Positions 34,401 through 47,561 of a stretch of DNA of 64,000 nt are shown piece after piece. This stretch comes from Paraspadella gotoi (taxonomy: Eukaryota > Animalia > Chaetognatha), in contig CM119267.1 in the NCBI GenBank assembly GCA_051294375.1, forward strand, positions 9,791,458 through 9,855,457, given 5' to 3'. A program made the position numbers and the translations under genes. Numbering within the stretch: the stretch's first letter is position 1; each line of letters opens with the position of its first letter. Under the pieces are notes generated by a model. It was not told the origin of the DNA. It did not search any database and was given only the letters and a program-made list of their open reading frames with translations.

Positions 34401-36696
34401 ATGATTCCTAGTCCGTACTTTACACCTACCCTTGAGAGATCGCGGTCACTGAGGATTGCTCCAGCTCCAGGGTAGCGTATTCGATGGTAGGAGCCGCTGA
34501 AGGCAACTGAAGTAAAAATATGTAGGATCATAATTTATCTGTGGACTATATTTTCAGTCGCATAAGGGTACAATAATTTTAATTTTACCCCAATAAGGTT
34601 CTTTGGTGTGATTGGCGGCCTGGGCGGTGGGACGGCGGAGTTATAGCCCCCGCGGTGAGAATTGTTGGCGGCGGCGACGGGGGTGGCGGCGGGATTGAAT
34701 TTCGACGGCAGCGGCACTTGATCGTAGTTCATTTGCGGAGAAAGCGACTCGGAGTCGTAGCGCCAGTTGGCGGGGGCGCCGTCGTGGTCTACGTTCTCGT
34801 AGACGCAACGCCATTCAGAGTCCAAACCGTCGGACCGGGACGGCGCTTGAGGTCGGAACGGCGACGGGCTCGGATTCGTGGACGATTCTTTAACAAAATA
34901 ACTCAATAAAAGCCAAGATATATATTACAAAGCCAAAACCGCTAATCGCCATACCCGACATCTCTGTGGAGGAAGATCCAGTGACAGAGTCAGGAATGTT
35001 GAGCGGCGCCGGTTTGGGTTTGACTGATGTACTTCTCAGACTGACCCGTCGCTGGGTGGCAACGCGATCCGATGTCCCGCTAAAAGTGTTAAATATAGAC
35101 GGCGGATGAGTATCTGTAGTCTGTAAATATTAGCTTCACTTGAACACAATAGTAAAACACAAAAACCTAGTTTGGGTTGTGTCGGAGTTGGATTCTTGGT
35201 CCGAAAGCTGACTGGCGGACGCGATGTTTGCGTAGCTAGCGGCAACCACGGGCGAAGAAGACGAAGAAAACGCAGCCGCTGTCGTTTCTGAGGGAGACGG
35301 TGTTCCGCGAGCGCGCTGCTGTTGCTGCACAGTCGAATCGACGTTCCGAGAAGATGGAACGGAATAGTCAGCGTCGGCGGCGAGCGCCATTTGAGTTTGA
35401 CACATGGATCTCCGACTTCCGGTTCCGCCGGGGGAGCGATCTCCGACGACAGAAGGATGACGAATGGCGCAGCCGCCATTACCGCCGCCGCGCCCACCTC
35501 CGCCCGGTAAATAACCTAGGGGCGTCAGCATAGGCATCTCGCAGTCATCCAAGTCCTCATTGCTCGGAGCCAAATCTAAAACGGCGTAGTCAATTGGCGG
35601 CGCTTGACCGCTTTCCAAGGGCGTATTCACGTAAGAATGGTGATCCGCGCCTACAATCATAAGGGAACAATCGATTAAGCCTACGCGAATTAAAATTTCG
35701 ATCGTTTCTTCCTTCCTTCCCCGAGCGCACCGTCGAACGCCGAAGGTGAGGCGGGCGTGGACGGCGCCCCTGAGGTGAGTGAATTGAGCGCCCGTTCCGC
35801 CGCGCCCGGCGCCCCGTTGACATACGAGTGCGACACGGGATTCCCCTGCGTCCCATTGGAAGAACTCATGGACAAAGCCATAGGCACCATGTTGCCCGGC
35901 GCGGTCCCGCGATGGCCTTAACAAAACGGAGTAAAAATTGTATGTTCATTCCTCGCCTTAAAAAAATTAATTGTTGACACTTATGTAGCTGGAAGTCCGT
36001 CATTAACCACGACTGGGATTCGTTACCCTAAAAAGTAAAACAAAAAAATATATATATATATCTATAAATTAATTAAGATTTTTCAAAAGAAAAAAGATTC
36101 TTGACAAAAACCCACTTGAGCGTGGTGACCGTAGAGGGTTCCGCCGCGGGAGTGAAAAGAAGGCGAATGAACGACAGAGTTATGGTTAGGGCGAGACTCC
36201 ACCACTGGTGGATTGAGGAAAACCGTTCCCGATGTCCCAACAGGCACGCTGCCTCCATGGCCATCCTCGGCGCCGCATCTCTGGATGCTCTCCTAGAGAG
36301 TAGACGAAAGAGATCGCAAGGATGAGGATTGAGGAAAAGTCAGAAAAAGAGGGTCACCGTAAGATACGAGCGAGATGGATAAATTTTCACCTGAACCAAA
36401 TTGAAGAGCACCTCGGACCGACTGCATTTAAAGGCGAATATGCCGGGTCCGGTGAGGCAGCGCCGACCGCTTTCGAAGGAGAAGATCTCCTGGTCGAAAC
36501 CGTAGCGGCGGAGACAACGCAGCGGCCAGTGAACTACTCGCTTCCCCTTTTGGTAAAGGATGAGGTCCGAGTCTCCAATCTCCAGATTGCCGGGGTTGAG
36601 CACGTGACCGAGATCGTCCACGTTGCGCACGCTAAACATGCGCGGGTTAGTCTCTTCGTCGAGGCTCTCGGCCTCCTTGGCGTAAACGCAACCCAT
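31412..36696 (-). CDS. FRS2: FGF receptor substrate 2/3-like adaptor (myristoylated, IRS-type PTB domain, Tyr docking sites)
   Basis: MGCVYAK (G2 myristoylation site); FSVRNVDD...WPLRCLRRYGFDQEIFSFESGRRCLTGPGIFAFKCSR; YVN/YAN/YEN Grb2-type motifs; YAVLDL and YATLEL; C-terminal MYSQIDIQRTEAL, resembling FRS2 YAVIDIERT. Confidence 0.9.
31815..34400. mobile_element. Non-autonomous TIR element or nested composite filling the large FRS2 intron
   Basis: Left end TA-GGGTAGTGCGG and right end CCGGCACTACTCT-TA. Subterminal GTGTTCCG(T/A)(T/A)TTACCCC and GGGGTAATTCGGAACAC motifs at ~31905-31945 and ~34356-34388. No transposase ORF. Confidence 0.55.
33773..34315. repeat. Tandem partial duplication of a GC-rich hairpin-rich unit (period ~366 nt)
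   Basis: TTTGGGAG..GACCCTCAGTGA..GGTTACCCTAG..TCTCGCTTTGC..CCCCTCTGAGCCAATGGGATTGGCTGAACGATGATGGATGTGAG occurs starting at ~33773 and ~34139. Confidence 0.85.
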
Positions 36697-37128
36697 GAGC
36701 CCGATGTAAGAATCCCCAAGACCCGTGAGAGTCGAGGATACTGAGTGAGATGGAAATGCAGCAAAAGGCACGTTTCAGAACAGCGATTGGAGAACGTCTT
36801 CGTTCATGATGGAAAGTATGTATGGGACTCGGGGAGGAGTATTTTTTTCCCTATTCTTCCTTTATTTCTATTAGGAGGCGTGGTGCGGTTGAGAACAAAA
36901 TTTACATCGCGCAACGGACCGCAATGGATCGACGTGCGGCATGTGACCGAACGGTTTTTTAGGTTCAGAAAAAAACGTTGTCCCTGCGCGAAGTTATCAA
37001 CGTCTTTCCCGTACTATATAATTTCATCTAAAAGTTGATAGTATAATTAAAAAAAAATAAATTAAGCTAGACTAGAAGCAGAAGGGAATGAAAAAAGAAT
37101 AACTACTGGAAATTTTTTCCCGCCCGAT

Positions 37129-40100
37129 TCAATCAGACTTGAGTTTGTCTTTCTCTGTTCCTTCATTTTCATTGCCGTCTTCTTTCTTCTCCTCAAAATA
37201 TTGTCCGTATTCGTTGACCCTAGTCATATCGACGGGATATTTCCAGCGTTGGAAAAGATAAATCAAAAAAATGAAGTCATCTCTGTGGATAAAATAATTA
37301 AAATTAAATTAAAAGAACTACACGCACACAAAAAAAAGCAAACGGTGATACCGATAAATTCGAACAAAAGGAATAAAATTAACCTAAAGCAGGCGAGTCG
37401 ATGTGCGGTCGGCATTGTAATGACAAACGCAAAAAGATCATCGATGAATGTATTGAACGCTTTGTACATAAAAACCCTGAGCGAACGAAGATTAAAATAT
37501 TTAAAATAAACTTAGAAGAAAAAAAAACCACTTACGACACAATGAAAAATAGCGTAACGTTACTGTTCCGAGCATAAAAAAAATTCACTGTTCAATAATA
37601 TTATATTTCTTTTTATTTTTTGAAACGTTATAGTTTCATATGTTGATATCCAAAATATCAATGCAAATTTTTTTTTTGTTTTTTAGATATGACTGATTAT
37701 AGGGTGAAGAATGATAAATTTTGTTAAAAATTTACTTATTCATATTTATTCATAGAACTGTAATAGAAAAAAATAAAAAAAAATAATAGTACTAATAGTT
37801 AGTGTTATGTCTCAAATAGATGGAAAAAAAACCTCATTTAAAAATTCGATCGGGAAGTGGGGTAACTAAGGCTTACCAATGGCATCCTCCACGCCGATTG
37901 TTCTCTCAAATAATTTTTTTTATTTAATACATTTGAAAGGGAAAAAAAGAAAATTTGGAATGCAGGTTGCAGAAAGGGTACAGATAATCTGCACTTATTG
38001 ACATGATAACCATGACCTTTTATATCTTGTGAAATGGGGGCAGTAAAGAAATCTAAAAAATTTCATCATTAAGTCAGTCAATGAACCCTTTCCAATGGGC
38101 TATTACGAAAAATTTTTTCTTAATTAAAATGGATGATAAATAATAGAATTAAATTCCTTGCTATATTTAAAAAAAATATTAAAACAATTTAACACAATGA
38201 TGTTTTGCTTTGTCAAATATGTTACCAGCTATATAATTTTTGACAACTTTATTATGATAAACAAGCAGTGTGTCAAGCTTTTAGTTTGTAGTTAAAGATA
38301 ATGAAAAATGACGATTTTTTTTTCACAGACAAGAAGGTAGATGTCCATACTGTTTATATCAAGCTGAAAACATTTTTGTTTTTATCATTTTTAATATTTA
38401 AAATATATTTTATCAAGCTACAACATAAATTTTTGCTTGTTTTTTACTTTAACTGAAAAATATAAGCAATTTTATGGAATAAAAAAAATTTAATAATAAA
38501 CAAAATGTAATTCAGTCTTTCCTTTTTCAAATTACAAAAGAAAAAGAAACAATTTTATATGTCTTCATTGAAATTTTTAAAGCAAAAACTGTTATAACTT
38601 TTTAAACTGCTATGTTTAATTTAATAAAACTCTTTTAGAAAGGTGTCCCATGATTAGGGCTTTAATTTGATACCACATCCACCTTGCTACCTGTTTTCTT
38701 TCAAAAGTTATTTAAAAAAATATTTTTTTAAAATTACGCAGTACAAATCTTTGTTAAATAAAAATTTCGGCAAAGCGGGAGTATCTCACGTATTTCTATT
38801 GGTACAATACTTATATTTCAAAATAAAACTTGAAGAAAATTTTTTTGTCATTTTGAGACATATCACTTTTAGATGTACCCATCATATAATAATTTATTTA
38901 TTTATTTCCCCAAAAAAGCCTAATTATAAAAGTTGAAATTTTTTCAAATTGTTGGAAAAAAAATTTCGTCCGACCTATGCTCATTGAGAATAATGGTTTT
39001 GCATAGAAAATCAAAATATCAAAAAAATAAAAAAATCAGCCTCTAGAAAAATCGAAAGGCTAGAAGCTGATTTTTTTAGAATTGCAAAATTTTTTTCCTG
39101 ACTCATAATCCATTATTCTCAAGTTTCAAAATATTTTTTTCCAAAATCATTCAATCAATTTTTTTTTATAATTTAAAATGTTTTTATGAGTTGTTTTTGT
39201 TTGAAAGAATTGAAAAAAGTGAAAATATATAGTAATTATATAAGGTTTTTGAAAATACCTTTAAAATATTAAATAATTAGACACAAGGGGAGTAAGCAGA
39301 GAAAACTTCCCATTCATAAAGAAAATTGAAAATGAATTTGTCATATTGTTATTTAGATTAATTGACTAATTACAAACAAATGATTCATATAAATTGAGGA
39401 AATGATGGGTAAAAAATATTCATCTTGGTCTCGGTTAACTATTAGGTTATTGTTAAAGTTTTGTTTTAATAATATTAATATTTTTTTTGCATTTATAAAA
39501 GCAATGGTCTAAAATTTTGTAAGCGTTTCGAGCTATATTGCTTCATCTTTTTTACTATTTTTGATCAAGTTAGCTTTTTTGTTGATGGTCAAGGGTTATG
39601 GTCAGATACAGTAATGTCCAGTAGTGTATATCGCACATATTACCAAAAGTAATGATCAATTAATTTGGCTCAGAAACAATTTTAACGGGACAAAATCAGC
39701 ACGAGACGTTTCGCCACGTTATTTTTCATTGTGTCTTACGTACCTAAACGGAAGATGAGCCACAGACTTGAGGCGGTAGTTAAGAAAAAGCTGAGGCATC
39801 ATGAAGAGAAAGCCAAAACAGTAAACCCCGTTGACAAGAGACTGCAACGCCCAAGAATACCAACCACGATGTGGAGTGTACAAAAGAGAGTAAATGGCTC
39901 CCCCTAAAAGCGCCAGAGATTAAGATTTATGCTAGAATAGATGCAAAAATGAATTATCGTATACCTATAAGGATCGGGATAAGAACGTATCTGAGATACT
40001 TCATGGCTTCAGCATCGAAGGACCTCGACTCTTTTTCAGACTCATCGTCTTCATCAAACTCCAGAGATGGTTTCCACCCGTTCCAACGAACTTTCTTGAA

Positions 40101-41912
40101 CTAAAACGATAATAAAATCAACAATTACCAAATTGTTCACTTTCGTCTTTTTACAAAGTCTAACCTTCATTGCTTTAAGTAACTTCCACTGTTCGATGAC
40201 TATCTCTATTCCGGCTGGAACTAATACCAGTACGCTGGTGTGGTTGTCCAAAAGGTACAAAAAGATAATGAGCGAAGACACGCTTCGATACGCGATGGTG
40301 GATCTTATCAGAAAAAATTAAGACCCTTTTTAGTTGCGACGCGAGTACTCGCGGAACAACTCTATAAGTCATTTTCCGGTCGATCTGTCGGTCCGTCGGT
40401 CGGTATGTCAGTCCGTCGGCCAGTCCCACTTACGTTAAAAATGCATATAATTTGCCTATAGTTGGTGGCTCATTTGTTAAAACAAACAAAATCTCAATTC
40501 TTAGGGACTGCTAGCGGCGCCTTCAGGAATTTCTAAAACGATAAGGAATAAAAGACGATATTTTGATGCAGTGCATATCATAAATAAACGGGCTAAGAAA
40601 GTTTTTTTGTCATGTCATGTCATATCATGTGATCAAAGGGAAATACACGCAAAAATAAAGTCACTGGGGCGTAACACATTGGATTAACCGATCTTGTTTA
40701 TGTGAAAGGAAACCTTATCCAAAAACGCAATGAAAGAATTTCGAAACCGAACCTGGACATTCCGGCCATGCTTTTCTTCCTTCTCCAATGCGAGATGTCA
40801 TTTTTGAACGCTAACACGTCAAAGATAAGGTGAAGGCAAGAAACGGCCACGGTTAGCATGAGCAATTTAAAGTCCGTGTCGGTGACGAGGGACTTCATCT
40901 CGTCGGTGTCCTTTTCGCGGAAACCCAGTGATGACATCTGCCTCAAAGCGTCCATCATGTGCAGGGTAAAGCGGACCTTGCCATACGAGGCAGGGCTGTA
41001 TTCAAGGTTGATCTCCATAGTTTTCGAATCTTTTTTGATTGGCATGAGTGACTTGTAGGTGGCCGTGAGATCGTTTACAAGAAGAATTGGCAGGTACTCG
41101 TTGTCGGGTCCAAGCTGAATGAGATCGGCATTGACGAACTCGCCCGGGATGGCGTAGCGGTCGAGTACCGCGAGATCATTGACGATCTCCAAGGTGAGAC
41201 GCGGCATGAGGTGCGGAACCGGCGGATCGTCACCGGTCTTACGGGACGAGACGTGGTCCGTAGTCGTGGGCATGGTCTGATCATCCGGCGCCTTGGTATC
41301 AGACGGAGTCGAGGACGATCTCAATAAATTCATTGCCTCTGGTTCCGGAGGCCGATGTACAGTTAAGGGAAAGGCTCGATGCACCACCCAAGAATTCGAA
41401 ACCGGGGATTCTTTCCATGGAACGATGAAGACGTGGCAATAGAGCGTTCCATTTTTGGTTCTGGAGCGAAAAAAAAAAAATCGAACAGTAAACAAAAAAA
41501 CGCGACGATACCATTTTTAAAAACTAACCTAACTTTCTGAGGAATGGTGACGTTAATTTTCGCCTGAAAGCCCACATCTACAGAGAAGTTTTCAGTTTTG
41601 TGTAACAATTTGAGATCTCTGAAAAAAGTTATGGAGGTATACCTAATATTACCTATGTTAAATAACCCCAATTAAAATTTGCACGTACCTGAAATAATGA
41701 GGAACTCTGATAGGGTGTGTCGGAGTTCTTGAGGTAGTATACAGATGAAGTTCGAGTTTAGGCTTTCGCCGAAGCCACGGCGGAATGCAAACGCCCGACT
41801 CACATGTGGGCGGGGGGCTACTGAAGAGACGGTAAAATGTCCAAAGGGAGGAGATAAAATATATCCCCACGGCCGTTAAAATTATCGTCGATAATTTCGG
41901 AAAGCCATACAT
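37129..41912 (-). CDS. CLPTM1L: CLPTM1-like lipid scramblase
   Basis: RTKNGTLYCHVF; YLPILLVNDL; FDVLAFKNDISHWRRKKSMAGMS; LFMMPQLFLNYRLKSVAHLP; YKAFNTFIDDLFAFVITMPTAHRLACFR; QRWKYPVDMTRVNEYG. Confidence 0.94.
37536..39735. mobile_element. Non-autonomous DNA transposon (16-bp TIRs, TTAC flanking direct repeat) in a CLPTM1L intron
   Basis: ttac|GACACAATGAAAAATA ... TATTTTTCATTGTGTC|ttac; 2.2 kb AT-rich interior with no transposase ORF. Confidence 0.8.
40326..40480 (-). mobile_element. Short Helentron/DINE-like remnant in a CLPTM1L intron
   Basis: TTTTTAGTTGCGACGCGAGTACTCGCGG (hairpin) followed by CTCTATAAGTCA and a (GTCG/GTCC)n microsatellite; same architecture as the ends of the 4211 and 52458 elements, inverted. 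Confidence 0.5.
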
Positions 41913-42977
41913 TGTGCCGTTAACCTCATAAGGCGACTGAAAATAAAAATGAGAGGAGAGGGACTAGGATAGATATTACACGACGCCAAATTAATTAGTA
42001 ATTCGTTTCAGTCCTGTAATTAAAAATTATAGTTAGCAATATTCTTTGTTTTAAATCGAAATATGTGCACGATTTAAAACCTCTCTTAGATCGAAAGGCC
42101 AAATACATTTTATTTATGATGTTATATAGTCATTAGACAAAGTTGTTTTCTTATTCTCCACCATCATAGAAACAAAAATTCTGAACCTTTCCCGATTTAT
42201 AGTCCTCAAAATAATTCAAAATAATTTTGCGATGCTTGGGTAGAATGTAGATCCAAAATGAGTATGAAAGTATGTAATAGTAAACAAATGTTAACGAGAC
42301 TGAAAGTTCAAATGATAACAAATTAAAAAGATCAGCAGACAAAAAGGGTGCCTCATATCTTATTAGAAAACTATTGTAGAAAGTAACTTTTAACTTTGTG
42401 TTGTATAGATGCTCCCTCTATTTCCAGAAGACAACACTAACATCTCTCTCCCCATCACATTATAAAATAATATACTCAATATAAAGAATATAATTAAATC
42501 TAATATATAGTGAAATTTATTAAATTTTTACATTAATTTTAAAATTTTAATGTAAAATTTAGTAAAACAAGTAATTTTACAATTTCTCATAATTACAATA
42601 CAAATTTAGGACCAAAATTTTGGCCTTTATCTCGGATCCCAAAAATAAAATTATCAATTTCATGCCCCTTTTATGCAAGAGGGCATTAAGTGAAATAAAT
42701 TATCTCCTCATCCGCATTAACTTGTAAAAATATTGAACTTTTAGCTAAACAACATTAGATAAGGCTCGAACATTCAACAAAAACAACGAACAAAAACTAG
42801 AATTTGATTAAAATATTATAGGGATAAAAAGAGCCCAATAAGCAAGTAGAAAAATTACGGGAATAGTTAAAGAGACCCGCCATTCATTCAAGCAAAGAAT
42901 AACATTATGGTAAGCAAAACTAACAGAAAACGGAAACAAAGGATAATGTAACACCCACAGAGTCTATCAAAACATTT

Positions 42978-45900
42978 TCATAGTTCGTCCTTCCTTGCGT
43001 CTTTCATGAAGATCATGATGCCTTCCTTGGTTCTTGGGCCGTCAAAGTCCTTGACTTCGTTCCCCTTCATAAGTTTGATGGTAGGATAACCGCGAACGTC
43101 GAATCTCTCCGAGAGAGCGCGATTCTTAGTGGCGTCGACAGCCGCTAACTTGGCCTGGGTAAATTTCCAAAATAATTAACAATTACAAGAAAAAAAATTG
43201 TATTTCACATTGCTTATTGACGTATTTTTCACCTTCGGTTCCTCCTGTTTCAGCAAGGAAGCTGCGTCAAAAAAATCGGATTTGATTTGCTTGCAATAAC
43301 CGCACCATGGAGCGTAAAACATGACGAGGACGCGGGGATGCTCTTCCACGAAGGCATCGAAGGATTCTTGGTCGAGGAAATGGACGTCGTCGGTGAGAGT
43401 GCTCCAGTCCGGCTCTGGATCCGGCGGCGGGGCTGGTTCTCTCGGGTTGCGCATAAAGTCGACGAGAGACTCTTCGTCACGGCCGAACCCATACTCAAAC
43501 GCCTCTTGAGCGTCCTGTTAGGTTTTATTTTTAAAAATAACAATAATACAAACAACCCACATTAGTACGATTTTTACCTTAAAGTATTTGATAGTTGGGT
43601 ATCCTTTGACGCCGTAAGCCGCTGCTAAGCCGTACGCGGCAGTCGCGTCTACGGCTCCTAATTTCCCCAATCCTTCTCGCTCCACTTGAGCCGCAGCTGA
43701 AGCGAAAGCCGGCTTCATCGCCTGGCAGTGGCCGCACCAGGGAGCGTAAAACATCACCAAAAGGCTCTTGTGTATCGCGGCAACGCCCATCAAAGCCTCC
43801 TTCGAGTCCAAGTGAACGATCGACTGAGCCCCTTTAAATTCCGCCCATTCTTCTTGCGCCGAGGGCCCGTCGGGCTTTGGAGGTTTTGGGTTGGCCGGGT
43901 TTTCCATGAAGGCCAAAAAGTCTCGCTCCTCGCGGCCGCCCTCGTATTTGACTCCCGTCTTTCCGTAGTTGAAATATTTAAAGGTGGGAAATCCCTGAAC
44001 CTCGTGCGTCTCACAGACGGCGTGATGTTTCGTGCAGTCCACCGCCGCGAACGCCACCTTGGGATTGTCGCGAAGTTTGGCTGCCGCTTCGGTAAAGTGG
44101 GGCTGAAATGAGGCGGGAGTAAATAAAAGGAAGATCTTTCTCTAAAGTTAAAAGACAATGGCATGCTAACCTTAGCCATCTTGCAGTGACCGCACCATGG
44201 TGCATAGAAAATCACAAGTACGTGCTTTTTCTTTTTCAAAAAGGAATTGAAATCCTGATCGGTCAGATGTACGACGTCGTTCTCTTCCTCGGACCAATCC
44301 TTAAATACAAAAATCGGAACAACTTGAAATTAAATTAGCAACTAAAATCGACAGAACCACACCTTTTCTGGAGGTGGTGGCGGCGGGGGTTCCGTGGGGT
44401 CTTTCATGAAAGAAAGGATCTTTTCTCCTTCGCGTTCGTTTATGTCAAAGGCGAAGGATCCGTCTCTAAAGTATTTCAGCGTCGGGAAACCCTTGATCTC
44501 GAAACGCTCGCCAAGGGCCTTCTCTTTTGTCACGTCTACCGCCGCCAAGACGCCTAAAAATAGAGAGAGTACGTAGTGATAGACAGGGGATGACATTCCA
44601 TTCTCACAAGATTGTTTCTTTTTCTTACCTTGGATTCCTTCGGCTTTCATTTTTCCGGCCGTCTCCGTGTAGTCGGGCTTCATTTTTTTACAATGGCCAC
44701 ACCTTTTAAAATAATTTCTCGTTAAGTATCGTTTAGTATGTAGGACATAAACTCTCGTAATATAGATTACAGATTTCTGTATATAATAACTACATAATAA
44801 TTACATAATCCTACCATGGAGCGTAAAACATGACTAAAGTGCTATTGTTGGAGTTGACGAAAGGATCAAAGGAAACTTCGGAAAGATGATGAACTTCGCT
44901 CGGCTCGTTCGCCCAAACAACTTCTTGAGAACCTTCCTCCTGATAAAAGCGAATTTTGTACTCGTAAACATTTTCTATAAAAAATCTGTTGATCTTGCAT
45001 CTTACTTTTGGAGGTGAAGGATCTCTCATCCAACTGATGATTCCTTCCTTCGTGTTTTCTCCACCGTATTTATACTTAAGGCTTCCCTTGGCAAAATACA
45101 TGAGTGTGGGAAAACCGGTGATATTGAAGGTTTTACGGACGGCGAGGTTATGAGGTTGGTCAACGTCCATCCCGGCAAGCAAGGACTCGCCTGAACAGAG
45201 AGTCAAATGTTGGTTCGTTTCGTCAAACAAGGAAGTGTATATATAACGAGTATCGTCACCCTTTAAGGCAGCTGCGGCAGCGGCGAAATCTGGTTTGAGC
45301 CTTTTGCAATATCCGCACCACGGAGCGTAGAACATGATGAGAGCCGGAGTTCGAAAAGTTTTTTTCATCAAACGCGTGAGTTCGATGCTATCGTGAATGT
45401 GATATACGTCGGATGCAGTCGCATCCTCGTCCCAAGGGATGTCGCCTGCGCCAAATAAGAATTAAGACATAAGATGGTCGAATGATTGACATTTGAAAAA
45501 TGAACCTGTGGGGTCTTTTAGAAAACTCGTGATGGATTTGGCAGTTTCGGGTCTGTCATAGTCTTTATGAAAATCGCCGTCTTTGAAGTGTTTTAGCTCC
45601 GTGGCCATCGGGTTCGATTTCATTTTTTTGCAGATTTTTTTCGCCTTGCCACAGTTAATGATGACTAAAGTGGCAAAGCCTGTTGAGGTAAATCAAAAAG
45701 TTTTAGTAAACGTTTGACCACTACTACTACTACCGCCGCCTACTACTACAAACACCTTTAGTTGCCAGAGCTACTTCGTTGAGCAGGGACGTCGTCTTTT
45801 TTATTGCGGAATCATCCTTTGCGAACAAAGCGAGAACGTTGGTTTTAGTTCGGAGAAACTTTTTAAACACTTTGAGATCTTCAAAAGTTTCGATTTTCGC

Positions 45901-46075
45901 TTGCGATTTTGCCCCTTAGAGAAATAAAAACGTATTCAGAATGTGTGTACATAAATTATCAATAAAATAAATATGCACACGTACCAGTTAAATTAGGTGA
46001 TGAGGATAGCACCATTAGCAGGCAAAAAAAGAGAAATATTCCATCCCGATAAATCAAAGTAGTTAACTTCATCAT
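42978..46075 (-). CDS. PDIA5: Protein disulfide isomerase A5 (PDIR) with five CxxC thioredoxin domains and KDEL
   Basis: Signal peptide MMKLTTLIYRDGIFLFFCLLMVLSS; KVFKKFLRTKTNVLALF; HFKDGDFHKDYDR; active sites WCGYC, WCGHC, WCGHC, WCGHC and WCGYC; C-terminus RKDEL*. Confidence 0.93.
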
Positions 46076-46304
46076 CACTCCGGGCAAGAGCAGTTTTTTT
46101 TCTTAATTTTCCTCTCATTAACTGGTTTTAAAAGTTTGGAAAGATAAATTTTATTCGACTCAAACGTTTAACAAAATGTGGAAGCAATATTTTAGTCACT
46201 ATTAAATTTCCACCCCCAAAAAGAAAACGGGAATATCCTTCGAACTGAGAAAAGTCCCAAAAAAATCCTAAAACGAAATCTCGCCGTCTGCCTAACGCCA
46301 AATC

Positions 46305-47311
46305 TTAGTGGCGATACCGCGTAAGGGATAGCGTGTTCTTTCGGAGCCAAGCGGCACGACGCGATCCGCCGTTGGTTGCCGAATAGCGATGACCCTTGCC
46401 TAGTCCGCGAGAAGAACGTCCGGCTGAAGTTTTTCCGCGAAGTTCGCGATGTTTTTGCTGCAGAAAAAATAGGAAAAATTCGCCGAAAATCGGTAAAAAA
46501 TTGGAGAGAATCCTTAGCAATACGGACCTTGGCGTTGCAAATCCATTGCATGCGAGGATCACGACGGATGGCGTTGTGAGCGGGATCGACCATGATCACT
46601 TCGTAGTACTTGTAGGTAGAATCTTCGCCGACCCAGTAAGAGTTAAGGACGCGGAGAGAACCGATTTTGCGGCCAACTCGTTCCTCTGAAAAATACATCG
46701 AGGAGATATAAATTTATGAAGGATACAATTAACGTATAAAAAGATAGAGGGAAAGCGAGAGAACATGACGAGGAAAAAAAAGGAAAAAAAAAAGGCAAGT
46801 TAATATTATTATTAATTAGTTAAATAGAGAAACGTTCCACATACCAGCGATGGATTGCAGGGACCGCTGGAATTTCATTTGATTAACTCCGTGGTGGGTT
46901 GGCTTGCCATAAGTGATTCCTTTGGCGACAGGCTTCTTGCGAGATCCACGACGAACTCGGACTCGATACACGACGAAGCCTTGCTTGGCGCGGTATCCCT
47001 ACGAGCGGATTGTTGTGGTCAGCAAATTGTGCATTGGACAAATCCGATTGTGAGGAATAAATAAACTAAAGCCTACCAATCTTCTGGCCTTTTCTATCCT
47101 TGTTGGTTGCGGAGCGCGATGAACCCGTGACAGTTGTCTGTAGAACCCAATAAAAGCATTTTTAACATTAACTAAATCTTGTCAGTAATGTAACTTAATG
47201 AAAATTACTGTTAACTAACCTGTACTGCCAAGTTCTCACTCGAAGAAGAAATCCCATCACATCGCTTTGTTTTTTTCGCCACAGCTCATTAACGTATTTA
47301 TAAGCTCCCAT
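46305..47311 (-). CDS. RPL15: 60S ribosomal protein L15 (eL15)
   Basis: [33 protein letters not shown]...KARRLGYRAKQG...[25 protein letters not shown]...[11 protein letters not shown]...[21 protein letters not shown]. Confidence 0.98.
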
Positions 47312-47561
47312 TTTTTAATTCAAACGTATTTCTTTAAAAACTAAAAAATACGAATAATGTATGATTATGAGAAAAAAAACTAAAAAATGAGCAAATAAAA
47401 AAAGAAAAATTTTTAAAATAAGATGGGCAATTCCTGGCATCGGAGAAAATACTGGAAAAAAATATGTTCGCCCTCGCCATCAGGCCTAAGACTAATAAAC
47501 ATGAGAGCTAAATTACGGTATTACGGGAATAATAAAACTGTCGTTAATTTTCGGTAAATAT

